Source of the DNA: Nitrospirota bacterium
GTDB taxonomy: Bacteria; Nitrospirota; Thermodesulfovibrionia; Thermodesulfovibrionales; BMS3Bbin05
DNA: 25,394 bases
Direction of reading: 5' to 3'
Assembly: GCA_020351835.1 (NCBI GenBank)
Contig: CP070669.1
Location: forward strand, 1,575,999 to 1,601,392
Within the stretch, counting starts at the first letter, position 1. Every line of letters starts with the position of its first letter. Position numbers and translations under genes: made by a program. Below the pieces are notes generated by a model that saw nothing but the letters and a program-made list of their open reading frames with translations, had not been told where the DNA came from and did no database searches. Positions 6,448 through 14,469 of the stretch are shown piece by piece.

Positions 6448-7917
6448 ATGGAAACAAAAATATGCATCAGGCCCCTTCTTGCGATACTCGTGTCTCTTAT
6501 AGCCGTGGCCCCTATCGTACTTAGCAGTAAAAGGCCGAACCTTCGCGAGGGATGGACATTTATTGCCGGTATCATAAAGTTCTCTTTGGTCGCATCTATG
6601 GTACCGCTCGTTCTTGATGGTGTAAGGCTGGAGTATACCGTAGCTCAGGTTCTGCCCGGAATGGCGATCAAATTGGCGGTCGACCCGATGGGTTTGATGT
6701 TCGCATTAGTATCTTCTTCATTATGGATAGTAACCTCGGCTTATTCCATCGGTTACATGCGCGGGCTCGATGAGCATAGCCAGACGAGATACTTCTCTTT
6801 CTTTGCCATTGCGCTTTCATCTACCATAGGGGTAGCGTTCTCTGCAAACCTGTTCACCATGTACCTGTTCTATGAGATGCTTTCCCTGGCCACTTATCCT
6901 CTTGTTACTCACCATCAGGACGATGAGTCGCGATACTCGGGGAGAAAATACCTCGCATTCATACTTGGCACATCAATAGGTTTCGTGCTCCCTGCAATGC
7001 TGATATCTTACAACCTTGCGGGCACCCTGGAGTTTGCCAATAATGGCTTCCTTTCAGGTACTACATCAAAGACAGTAATGACGGTTCTGCTTATAATGTT
7101 CGTGTTCGGATTTGCAAAAGCTGCGATAATGCCGTTCCATGGATGGCTTCCTGCCGCGATGGTCGCCCCTACACCCGTCAGCGCTCTTCTTCATGCTGTT
7201 GCTGTTGTTAAGGTCGGAGTCTTCTCGATATTCCGCATCATAACAGGAGTATTCGGTACCGATATGCTGAGGTCGCTTGAACTCGGGACCGTTGTCGCTT
7301 ATCTGGCAGCATTCACAATAATAATAGCGTCACTTATAGCACTTTCACAGGACGGGCTGAAAAGAAGGCTGGCCTTTTCGACGATAGGTCAGCTTTCCTA
7401 CATAGTTCTTGGAGCAGCACTTCTTTCCCCGAAAGGTATGTCCGGTGGACTTGTCCATATAGCTATGCATGCATTCGGCAAGATAACCCTGTTCTTCTGC
7501 GCAGGTGCAATATATGTTGCTACCAGGAAAAAGAATATCAGTGATATGGTCGGTATCGGGAAAAGGATGCCCGTGACGATGATAGCTTTTCTGATAGGTT
7601 CTATGAGCGTTATTGGATTGCCTCCGACCGGAGGGTTCTTCAGTAAGTGGTATCTTGTTCTCGGAACTATAGAAGCTGATCAGATCGTTATGCTATTTGT
7701 TCTTTTAACAAGCTCTCTTCTTAATGCTGCATACTTTCTGCCTATTGTATATAAGGCATTCTTCTGTACTGCAGAGGAATCTATGTTTGATGATAAGGTA
7801 GCTGAGGCACCTGTGTGGTGCGTTGCACCGCTTTCTTTAACGGCCTTGGTCTCTATCGCTTTGTTCTTTTATCCGACCTTATTTATGAGATTAGCAGAGA
7901 TGGCATTAGGTGTCTGA
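6448..7917 (+). CDS. mrpD: Mrp antiporter subunit D/NuoM-like antiporter-like subunit, copy 2
   Basis: Same family motifs (MPFHGWLPAAM, KRMPVT...GLPPTGGFFSKWYL). I prefer the start at ATG 6448 (METKICIRP) because it does not overlap. ATG 6415, which overlaps the previous gene by 23 nt, is an alternative. Confidence 0.8.
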   Translation: METKICIRPLLAILVSLIAVAPIVLSSKRPNLREGWTFIAGIIKFSLVASMVPLVLDGVRLEYTVAQVLPGMAIKLAVDPMGLMFALVSSSLWIVTSAYSIGYMRGLDEHSQTRYFSFFAIALSSTIGVAFSANLFTMYLFYEMLSLATYPLVTHHQDDESRYSGRKYLAFILGTSIGFVLPAMLISYNLAGTLEFANNGFLSGTTSKTVMTVLLIMFVFGFAKAAIMPFHGWLPAAMVAPTPVSALLHAVAVVKVGVFSIFRIITGVFGTDMLRSLELGTVVAYLAAFTIIIASLIALSQDGLKRRLAFSTIGQLSYIVLGAALLSPKGMSGGLVHIAMHAFGKITLFFCAGAIYVATRKKNISDMVGIGKRMPVTMIAFLIGSMSVIGLPPTGGFFSKWYLVLGTIEADQIVMLFVLLTSSLLNAAYFLPIVYKAFFCTAEESMFDDKVAEAPVWCVAPLSLTALVSIALFFYPTLFMRLAEMALGV

Positions 7918-7927
7918 GGAGGTTAAT

Positions 7928-8176
7928 ATGCAAGGTGAAAAAGAAAAGGATTATTTCGAAAGGCCGGGCAATATCAAGAAGCTTTGGATAGCTCTGTATG
8001 TTGTGTGCGCTTTAACTATAGTATTTGAGCTGTTCATTGACAGGACACCTCATTTTGGTATTGATAGAATATTCGGTTTCTATGCATTGCTTGGATTTGT
8101 CTCTTGTGCGATCCTGATCATTATTGCTAAGGTGATCGGATTTATCCTGAAGAAGAACGAGGACTATTATGATTAA
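7928..8176 (+). CDS. Small two-TM membrane protein of unknown function embedded in the mrp operon
   Basis: GAGGAGG (7916-7922) lies 5 nt before ATG 7928, so the track's GTG 7910 start is less likely. The protein is 82 aa with two hydrophobic helices. Its 3' end overlaps the next gene by 8 nt, which suggests translational coupling. Confidence 0.65.
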   Translation: MQGEKEKDYFERPGNIKKLWIALYVVCALTIVFELFIDRTPHFGIDRIFGFYALLGFVSCAILIIIAKVIGFILKKNEDYYD

Positions 8177-9929
8177 TATACATCCTGGATGGCTTTTAAT
8201 TGCAGGCGCACTGCTTTTGCCGTTGATCGGTGGTAAAGCGCGCAACTGGTTCGTTATATTTCTTCCTGCCGCGGCATTGTACATTATTTCGCAGCTCCAG
8301 CCGGGCATGTCACTGCAGTATCATTTCTTCGGGTATGAACTTACTTTCCTCAGGGTAGACAGGTTAAGCAAGATATTCGGTTATATCTTTACTCTTAATG
8401 CTTTTGCCGCATTCATATATGCCTTTTACGTAAAGGATAGTACTCAGCACATGGCGGCTCTTTTTTATATTGGCAGTGCGCTGGGATCGGTTTTCGCCGG
8501 AGACCTCGTGTCCTTATATTTTCACTGGGAAGTAATGGCGATCGCGTCTACTTTCCTGATCCTTTCAAGGAGAACGAAAAAGGCGATGGGTGCCGGATTA
8601 AGGTACATACTTATGCATATTTTCGGAGGTCTCTGCCTGTTGGCGGGAATAGTGCTTTATATCTCAAAAACAGGCTCGATCGATTTTAACGCTATGACCG
8701 AAAGGACCGCGGCAACGTATCTCATACTCGTCGGGATACTTGTTAACGCAGCAGCACCTCCTCTTTCCGCGTGGCTTTCAGATGCCTATCCCGAAGCCAC
8801 AGTTACCGGTGGGGTTATACTGAGCGCGTATACCACAAAGACCGCAGTGTATACCCTGATAAGAGGATTTCCCGGCTGGGAGATACTTATAGTGGTCGGT
8901 TGCATAATGACGATCTACGGTATTATATATGCGCTTCTTGAGAATGACATGCGTCGTATACTTGCCTATAGCATTATTAACCAGGTCGGTTTCATGGTGA
9001 CGGGCGTAGGGATCGGTACTGTCATGTCATTGAACGGGGCCGCAGCGCACGCTTTTGCTCATATCATATACAAAGCGCTGCTATGGATGTCCGCAGGTTC
9101 GGTCCTTTACATGACAGGTAAAAGCAAGTGTACAGAGCTCGGGGGTCTGTATAAAACTATGCCTTGGACAATGATTTTTGGTACGATAGGGGCACTTGCG
9201 ATCTCTTCGTTCCCAGGCACGAGTGGCTTCACGACAAAAACACTTATTATAGAGAGCTCGGTCCATCAGCATCTCTTTTGGGTATGGATGGTACTGGAGA
9301 TCGCTTCAGCCGGCGTTTTCCTGCATGCCGGAATTAAGTTCCCCTATTTTGTGTTCTTTGCCAAGGACAGGGGCCTCCGTCCCGGAGAAACGAATAGGTC
9401 GATGCTGGTTGCGATGGCCTTTATGGCGTTCCTGTGTATCTTCCTCGGGTTGTTCCCGGGTCCTCTTTATGATATTCTCCCTTTTGAAATGGAACACTAT
9501 CACGCATATTCCTTTGCACATGTTACTACTCAGTTGCAGCTCTTAATGCTGTCAGCTCTTGTTTTCTTCCTGTTCCTTCCTCTTCTTAAAAGAACTGACA
9601 CTATTGCGATCGATACCGATTGGATCTACAGAAGAGGAGGTGCTTTTTTCTATTCTGTGGTTGACAGGGTTCTAAATGGGTTTAATGAGGTTGTGGAAAG
9701 ATTGGTGGTAAAGGGGTTGGTCCGGTCCATTGTCAATTTTTCACAGCTCGCTCCTGCTCTGGTGCTCTCTGCACTTATATATCCCTATTGGGTAATAAGC
9801 GGTTTTGACAAGAAAGAGAGGGCACAAAGGAAGGAAGAGCTGTATCGTGACATCAATACGGGAGCTATGTCGGTTGGCTTAATATCCATCTCTGTTCTCC
9901 TTTATTTAGGGATATTGTTTATCTTTTAA
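8169..9929 (+). CDS. Large antiporter-like subunit (NuoL/MrpA-N-like) with C-terminal extension
   Basis: 586 aa with a Proton_antipo_M-type core (SAWLSDAYPEATV, KTMPWT...). Two C-terminal segments follow. The first, of about 110 aa, includes a long amphipathic stretch (YRRGGAFFYSVVDRVLNGFNEVVERLVVKGLVRSIVNF). The second carries the terminal TM helices. This resembles the lateral helix plus anchor of NuoL/MrpA. Confidence 0.75.
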   Translation: MINIHPGWLLIAGALLLPLIGGKARNWFVIFLPAAALYIISQLQPGMSLQYHFFGYELTFLRVDRLSKIFGYIFTLNAFAAFIYAFYVKDSTQHMAALFYIGSALGSVFAGDLVSLYFHWEVMAIASTFLILSRRTKKAMGAGLRYILMHIFGGLCLLAGIVLYISKTGSIDFNAMTERTAATYLILVGILVNAAAPPLSAWLSDAYPEATVTGGVILSAYTTKTAVYTLIRGFPGWEILIVVGCIMTIYGIIYALLENDMRRILAYSIINQVGFMVTGVGIGTVMSLNGAAAHAFAHIIYKALLWMSAGSVLYMTGKSKCTELGGLYKTMPWTMIFGTIGALAISSFPGTSGFTTKTLIIESSVHQHLFWVWMVLEIASAGVFLHAGIKFPYFVFFAKDRGLRPGETNRSMLVAMAFMAFLCIFLGLFPGPLYDILPFEMEHYHAYSFAHVTTQLQLLMLSALVFFLFLPLLKRTDTIAIDTDWIYRRGGAFFYSVVDRVLNGFNEVVERLVVKGLVRSIVNFSQLAPALVLSALIYPYWVISGFDKKERAQRKEELYRDINTGAMSVGLISISVLLYLGILFIF

Positions 9930-9988
9930 ACAGTTGTTGCCCATAATCTTACCTAAATCGTCCATAAGAATATAAAATCTCAATTTTA

Positions 9989-10018
9989 TTGACATAATTC
10001 GCTGTAGATTCGTATCAT
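9989..10018 (+). promoter_or_regulatory. Putative sigma-70 promoter for the TauE-family gene pair
   Basis: Perfect -35 TTGACA (9989-9994), 18-nt spacer, -10 TATCAT (10013-10018). Confidence 0.4.
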
Positions 10019-10096
10019 AAGCCTCGGTTTTCCTTTGTATTCTTTTAATCATAGTTTAAAGATATTCTCAAATAGGCCTAAAAGGAGGCGGATGTA

Positions 10097-11059
10097 ATGT
10101 TGCGAATGAGACATCTTATTCTTATTATTTCTGTAGTTATGGTCGTTGTATCTGTATTTGGGGTTGCTTTCGGATCTGAAGTGGCCGAAGCACCTGCAGC
10201 TGTAGAAGGGGATGGCCAAGCCTGGTGGTTCTGGCCGCTAGTCCTGCTCATACTCTGTTTCTTCCTTGGTGTATTTGCGGTCCTTGCTGGTGTAGGGGGC
10301 GGTGTTCTTTACGTCCCTATCGTTAGTGGGTTCCTGCCTTTTCATCTTGATTTCGTAAGGGGGGCCGGATTGATAGTCGCCCTTGCAGGTGCACTTGCAG
10401 CCGGCCCGGGACTGCTTAAGAAGGGCATGGCCGACCTGAGACTTGCCATACCTGTTGCGCTGATAGCGTCTACTTGCGCAATATTCGGTGCGATGATAGG
10501 GTTGGCACTTCCTACACATATAGTTCAGACCCTTCTCGGAGCCACGATACTCGGTATAGTTTTGATTATGATAAAGGCCAAGAAGTCAGAGTTCCCGGAG
10601 GTCCCTAATCCTGATAGATTGTCACAATCACTCAGAATAATGGGCGTATACTATGAGCCGACCAGGAAAGAGGATATCAACTGGCAGATTCACAGGACGC
10701 CTCTCGGTCTCGGCCTGTTCGTCTTTATAGGAATCATGGCCGGTATGTTCGGGCTCGGCGCCGGTTGGGCAAATGTACCGGTCCTTAACCTTGTTATGGG
10801 AGCGCCGATAAAGATATCCGTTGCTACGAGTAAGTTCCTTTTATCGATAACGGATACATCGGCAGCCTGGATATACCTTAATAATGGTGCTGTTCTTCCT
10901 TTGATGGTGGTTCCGTCAGTGGTAGGGATAATGCTGGGATCGTTCGTCGGAGTAAGGGTCCTTGCCGTTACGAAGCCGTCTGTAATAAGGATACTCGTAA
11001 TTGCCGTTCTGGGTGTTGCCGGCCTTAAGGCACTTCTTAAGGGTCTTGGTATAGGATAG
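10097..11059 (+). CDS. TauE/SafE-family (DUF81) anion permease, copy 1, with N-terminal signal-like segment
   Basis: AGGAGG lies 8 nt upstream. The 320-aa polytopic protein has a Gly-rich internal duplication typical of TauE/SafE (LAGVGGGVLYVPI in the first half, MFGLGAGWANVP in the second). The first roughly 27 aa look like a signal peptide (VAFG/SE). Confidence 0.8.
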   Translation: MLRMRHLILIISVVMVVVSVFGVAFGSEVAEAPAAVEGDGQAWWFWPLVLLILCFFLGVFAVLAGVGGGVLYVPIVSGFLPFHLDFVRGAGLIVALAGALAAGPGLLKKGMADLRLAIPVALIASTCAIFGAMIGLALPTHIVQTLLGATILGIVLIMIKAKKSEFPEVPNPDRLSQSLRIMGVYYEPTRKEDINWQIHRTPLGLGLFVFIGIMAGMFGLGAGWANVPVLNLVMGAPIKISVATSKFLLSITDTSAAWIYLNNGAVLPLMVVPSVVGIMLGSFVGVRVLAVTKPSVIRILVIAVLGVAGLKALLKGLGIG

Positions 11060-11086
11060 ATAAGGGATAAATACAGGAGGATAAAT

Positions 11087-11497
11087 ATGGAAAATAAAGC
11101 AACAGAAGAACAGATACTATATGCGAATCTGTTGAATAAAGGAATGCTGATAGGGCTTGTTGGTCTAGTTATCACCTTCGTTGTATATGGAGGGGGAATT
11201 TTGAAGCCTTTTATTCCGATCGGTGATGTTCAGAACTACTGGGTGCTCCCTGTAAGTGAATATCTCGAAAAAAGCGGAATGCATGCCGGTTGGTGGTGGC
11301 TTAGTAATCTGAAGTTCGGTGATCTGCTGAATTTTCTGCCGATCGCTTTTCTTTCAGCAGTAACGATCTTTTGTTATGCAGCTATAGTGCCGGGGCTTTT
11401 AAAGAAGAAGGATACGGCATACGTTGTTCTTGCCATACTTGAGGTGATAGTGCTTGTGGTAGCAGCCTCAGGGATACTAGGTTCCGGAGGACATTAA
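11087..11497 (+). CDS. Small integral membrane protein, possibly DUF1634-like TauE partner
   Basis: AGGAGG RBS. 136 aa with about four hydrophobic helices. DUF1634 proteins commonly sit next to TauE/DUF81 genes, but this assignment is from memory and is not verified. Confidence 0.55.
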   Translation: MENKATEEQILYANLLNKGMLIGLVGLVITFVVYGGGILKPFIPIGDVQNYWVLPVSEYLEKSGMHAGWWWLSNLKFGDLLNFLPIAFLSAVTIFCYAAIVPGLLKKKDTAYVVLAILEVIVLVVAASGILGSGGH

Positions 11498-11519
11498 AGG
11501 GCACTTGGTTAATTATGAA

Positions 11520-11545
11520 GGGCGGCCCGAGGCCGCCCTTTTTTA
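11520..11545 (+). terminator. Rho-independent terminator
   Basis: GGGCGGCC (11520-11527), loop CGA, GGCCGCCC (11531-11538), followed by TTTTTT (11539-11544). Confidence 0.85.
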
Positions 11546-11574
11546 TTGACCTGCCAATTGTTAGGCTGTATATT
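11546..11574 (+). promoter_or_regulatory. Putative sigma-70 promoter for TauE copy 2 (would give a leaderless or near-leaderless mRNA)
   Basis: -35 TTGACC (11546-11551), 17-nt spacer, TG-extended -10 TATATT (11569-11574). The ATG of the next gene is at 11583. Confidence 0.45.
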
Positions 11575-11582
11575 GAACTGTA

Positions 11583-12482
11583 ATGGAACTGCTTAAGATA
11601 ATTTTCCCAGCTTCAGGGGTAGAAACATATCTGTTCATTCCTCCACTCGTTGCCTTTGTTATATCTTTTTTCTCTTCAATGGCAGGTCTGTCCGGTGCAT
11701 TCTTTATCCTTCCGTTCCAGATGAGCGTATTCGGTTTTACGTCTCCTTCTGTAAGCTCAACAAACTTCCTGTATAACGTAGTAAGTATTCCTGGAGGGGT
11801 GTTAAGATTCATTCGGGAAAAACGGATGTCCTGGCCTCTCATTTTTGTTATAGTTGCTGGAACATTTCCAGGTGTCTTCGCTGGTTACTTTATAAGAATA
11901 AGATACCTTCCCGACCCGAAAGCATTCAAGCTGTTCGTTGGCCTTGTATTGTTTTATATAGGGATAAGGTTGATAAGAGGTTTCAGGAATAAAAGGAAAA
12001 GGGCCGATCAGGGTGATGCAAGTATGTTCGTTATTTCTAATGTCAGTTATAGCCTGAAAAGAATAAGTTACGATTTTAATGGTGAGACGTTCTCGTTCAG
12101 TGTTCCCGCTATGTTCTTGCTGTCCGCTATAGTAGGAATTATCGGTGGCATTTATGGTATCGGAGGGGGTGCCATCATAGCTCCATTCTGTGTTTCTGTG
12201 TTCGGGTTACCCGTATATACTGTTGCCGGTGCCGCTCTTATGGGGACGTTGATAACGTCCGTTGCGGGGGTATTTGTATACAGCATTGTTCCTTTCGGCG
12301 ATGGTATGGCGGCTCCTCCTGACTGGTCCCTGGGAGCGCTTTTCGGCCTGGGGGGGCTTGCGGGTATATATCTGGGTGCGAAGGTCCAGAGATTCATGCC
12401 CGAACGCGTGATAAAGGTAATACTTGCACTAATTATATTCTGGGTATCAGCAAGATATATATATCAGTTTATAGCCGGGTAG
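11583..12482 (+). CDS. TauE/SafE-family (DUF81) anion permease, copy 2
   Basis: 299-aa polytopic protein with Gly-rich repeat motifs (MAGLSGAFFILPF, IYGIGGGAIIAPF). No SD precedes the start. Confidence 0.8.
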   Translation: MELLKIIFPASGVETYLFIPPLVAFVISFFSSMAGLSGAFFILPFQMSVFGFTSPSVSSTNFLYNVVSIPGGVLRFIREKRMSWPLIFVIVAGTFPGVFAGYFIRIRYLPDPKAFKLFVGLVLFYIGIRLIRGFRNKRKRADQGDASMFVISNVSYSLKRISYDFNGETFSFSVPAMFLLSAIVGIIGGIYGIGGGAIIAPFCVSVFGLPVYTVAGAALMGTLITSVAGVFVYSIVPFGDGMAAPPDWSLGALFGLGGLAGIYLGAKVQRFMPERVIKVILALIIFWVSARYIYQFIAG

Positions 12483-12491
12483 AACGGTCTG

Positions 12492-12947
12492 CTAACGCCC
12501 GGTCCCGTTCTTCTTAAGCAGCTCACTTATTTTACGGTTCTTTCTGGACATGGAGGTCATTAAAGCTGTCTTTCCGTAAATGTCCTTCTTTTCAGTATCT
12601 GCTCCGTTTTCTAATAATATCTTTACGATAAGGGGGTTCCCTGTGACGACGGCCCACATCAGTACCGTTGTGCCTTCACTGTCGCTTGCATTTACATCGG
12701 CTCTTTTGGAAATAAGGAACCTGGCCATCTTAACATTCTCATTGACCACTGCCCACATGAGAGTTGTCTTTCCGTAATGGTCCCTCGTGTCCACAGGGAT
12801 GCCTGAGTTCACGAGCTCCATTACCTTGGCCGTGTCATTATGGTATGCATATTTGATTATCTTATGGACGCTCTTCGAGGCAGACAACGAAATGCTGGGG
12901 GCAACAAGGCATATTATAATAACGAATATAATTTGTCTGAAGGACAT
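12492..12947 (-). CDS. Secreted ankyrin-repeat protein
   Basis: 151 aa with an N-terminal signal peptide (MSFRQIIFVIIICLVAPSISLSA/SKS). About three ANK repeats follow (GKTTLMWAVVNENVKMARFLISKRADVN, GTTVLMWAVVTGNPLIVKILLENGAD, GKTALMTS). Confidence 0.8.
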   Translation of the reverse strand: MSFRQIIFVIIICLVAPSISLSASKSVHKIIKYAYHNDTAKVMELVNSGIPVDTRDHYGKTTLMWAVVNENVKMARFLISKRADVNASDSEGTTVLMWAVVTGNPLIVKILLENGADTEKKDIYGKTALMTSMSRKNRKISELLKKNGTGR

Positions 12948-13065
12948 TTCAGATATATTTTACCTTAATAATATTGAATTTTACATTGCTACTTAAAAGA
13001 GTGCAATTAAGGTTTATGAAGCAACGTATTCTGATATAATTAATGAAAGTTAGAACAGATTAGGA

Positions 13066-14307
13066 ATGATAACCAAACAGCTTGTCATAAACCTCCTTCT
13101 CATCCTGTCCGTTGCATGGATCATGGGGGATGTGTTCAGAAGGCTAGGATTGCCTTTTGTTATGGGAGAATTATTTGCGGGCATCCTTCTGGGCCCTCCT
13201 GTCCTGGGGCTGGTAACGGCTGCTCCCCCTCTTGAGCTAATGGCAGAGTTTGGGATCTTCTTTGTCATGTTCCATACCGGACTTGAAATGGACCCTAAAG
13301 AGCTTATAGAACATATCAGACCTTCACTTGCCGTAGCTGTCGGCGGATTTGTTCTTCCTTTCATGCTGGGATATTTTGTGACAAGGATGTTCGGAGGTAC
13401 TCTATATCAGTCATTGTTCGTCGGAATGGGCATATCGATAACTGCAATTGCAGTTCAGTCGGTCGTTCTTCGTTCGATGAGGATCCATTCTACCTATCTG
13501 GGACATATAATTATTGGTGCTGCCATTGCCGATGATATTCTTTCTCTGATCGGATTATCCGTTCTGATAGGCCTGGCAAAAACGGGATCTTTCGAACCGG
13601 TCAGCGTTATAATCGTACTTTCAAAGGTTGTAGGGTTCTTTGCTGTAACTATCTTGATGGGGCAATATGTAGTCCCCAGGTTTACAATTCGCCTCCATGA
13701 CCGGGAAGCAAAGGCTTTTACCTTTGCCATGGTTACTGCTTTGTTGATGGCGTTCCTCGCTGAGCTTGCCGGACTGCACCTGATCATTGGTGCCTTTATG
13801 GCAGGGCAGTTCGTACGTAAGGAGATGATGGATGAAAAGATATTTGACGCCATAAGCGACCGTTTCTACGGATTAAGCTACGGATTTCTGGTTCCTATTT
13901 TCTTTGTTTCCCTATCTTTCCATCTCCACATACCCTGGGATCTTAGTTTTATGGCGTTCGCCGCGGTTCTCACCGGAATGGCAGTTGTAGGCAAAGTTAT
14001 CGGCAGTGGAGTGGGGTTGGCTTTCTTCAGGAGGGATATAAGGGAGTCCCTTATAGTGGGATTTGGTATGAATGGACGTGGTGCGGTAGAGCTGGTAGTA
14101 GCGACCATAGTTCTGCAACTTAGCAGTGACCTTATGGCATCAGGAACTATAGCCGAACCATTGCTGACAGAGAACCAGTTCTCTGCGCTTATATTGATGG
14201 CATTTGTCACTACTGTTATGGCTCCAATAACGCTGAAACTCTCAGTAGTTAAGGCATGTAAAGCAGATGAAGCGGCAACATTTTGCAAGCTAATGGATGA
14301 GAACTGA
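13066..14307 (+). CDS. Cation:proton antiporter, CPA2 (Kef/NapA-type) family, transporter domain only
   Basis: 413-aa polytopic protein with N-terminal LGLPFVMGELFAGILLGP and GLEMD motifs typical of the Na_H_Exchanger (CPA) fold. There is no C-terminal TrkA-N/KTN domain. Confidence 0.8.
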   Translation: MITKQLVINLLLILSVAWIMGDVFRRLGLPFVMGELFAGILLGPPVLGLVTAAPPLELMAEFGIFFVMFHTGLEMDPKELIEHIRPSLAVAVGGFVLPFMLGYFVTRMFGGTLYQSLFVGMGISITAIAVQSVVLRSMRIHSTYLGHIIIGAAIADDILSLIGLSVLIGLAKTGSFEPVSVIIVLSKVVGFFAVTILMGQYVVPRFTIRLHDREAKAFTFAMVTALLMAFLAELAGLHLIIGAFMAGQFVRKEMMDEKIFDAISDRFYGLSYGFLVPIFFVSLSFHLHIPWDLSFMAFAAVLTGMAVVGKVIGSGVGLAFFRRDIRESLIVGFGMNGRGAVELVVATIVLQLSSDLMASGTIAEPLLTENQFSALILMAFVTTVMAPITLKLSVVKACKADEAATFCKLMDEN

Positions 14308-14394
14308 ATCTTCCTTGCCGGGATGTTTTAGCAGTTGTTATTTATTGTTCTATCAAATCGCTTAAATCTAATGGTCTGACATAACTGCGATCAC

Positions 14395-14423
14395 TTGACA
14401 ATTGTGAAATGTTGGTAAAAAAT
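14395..14423 (+). promoter_or_regulatory. Putative promoter for nhaA
   Basis: Perfect -35 TTGACA (14395-14400). The -10 is ambiguous within TGGTAAAAAAT (14413-14423). Confidence 0.35.
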
Positions 14424-14469
14424 CTAAATATAAGGCAGTGCACCAGTGTTAGTGAGGGGAATCTGGATC

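Noticed and set aside
12481-12511. Inverted repeat AGAACGG...CCGTTCT at the convergent TauE-2/ankyrin gene junction as a bidirectional terminator.
   Set aside because: It has 7 bp with a 17-nt loop and no flanking T/A tracts, and most of it lies inside the ankyrin coding sequence. It is not convincing.
160-14400. Shared 11-mer ATCACTTGACA at 160-170 and 14390-14400 as a common operator.
   Set aside because: Six of the 11 nt are the -35 hexamer itself. The extra 5 nt shared between two of six promoters is within chance expectation.
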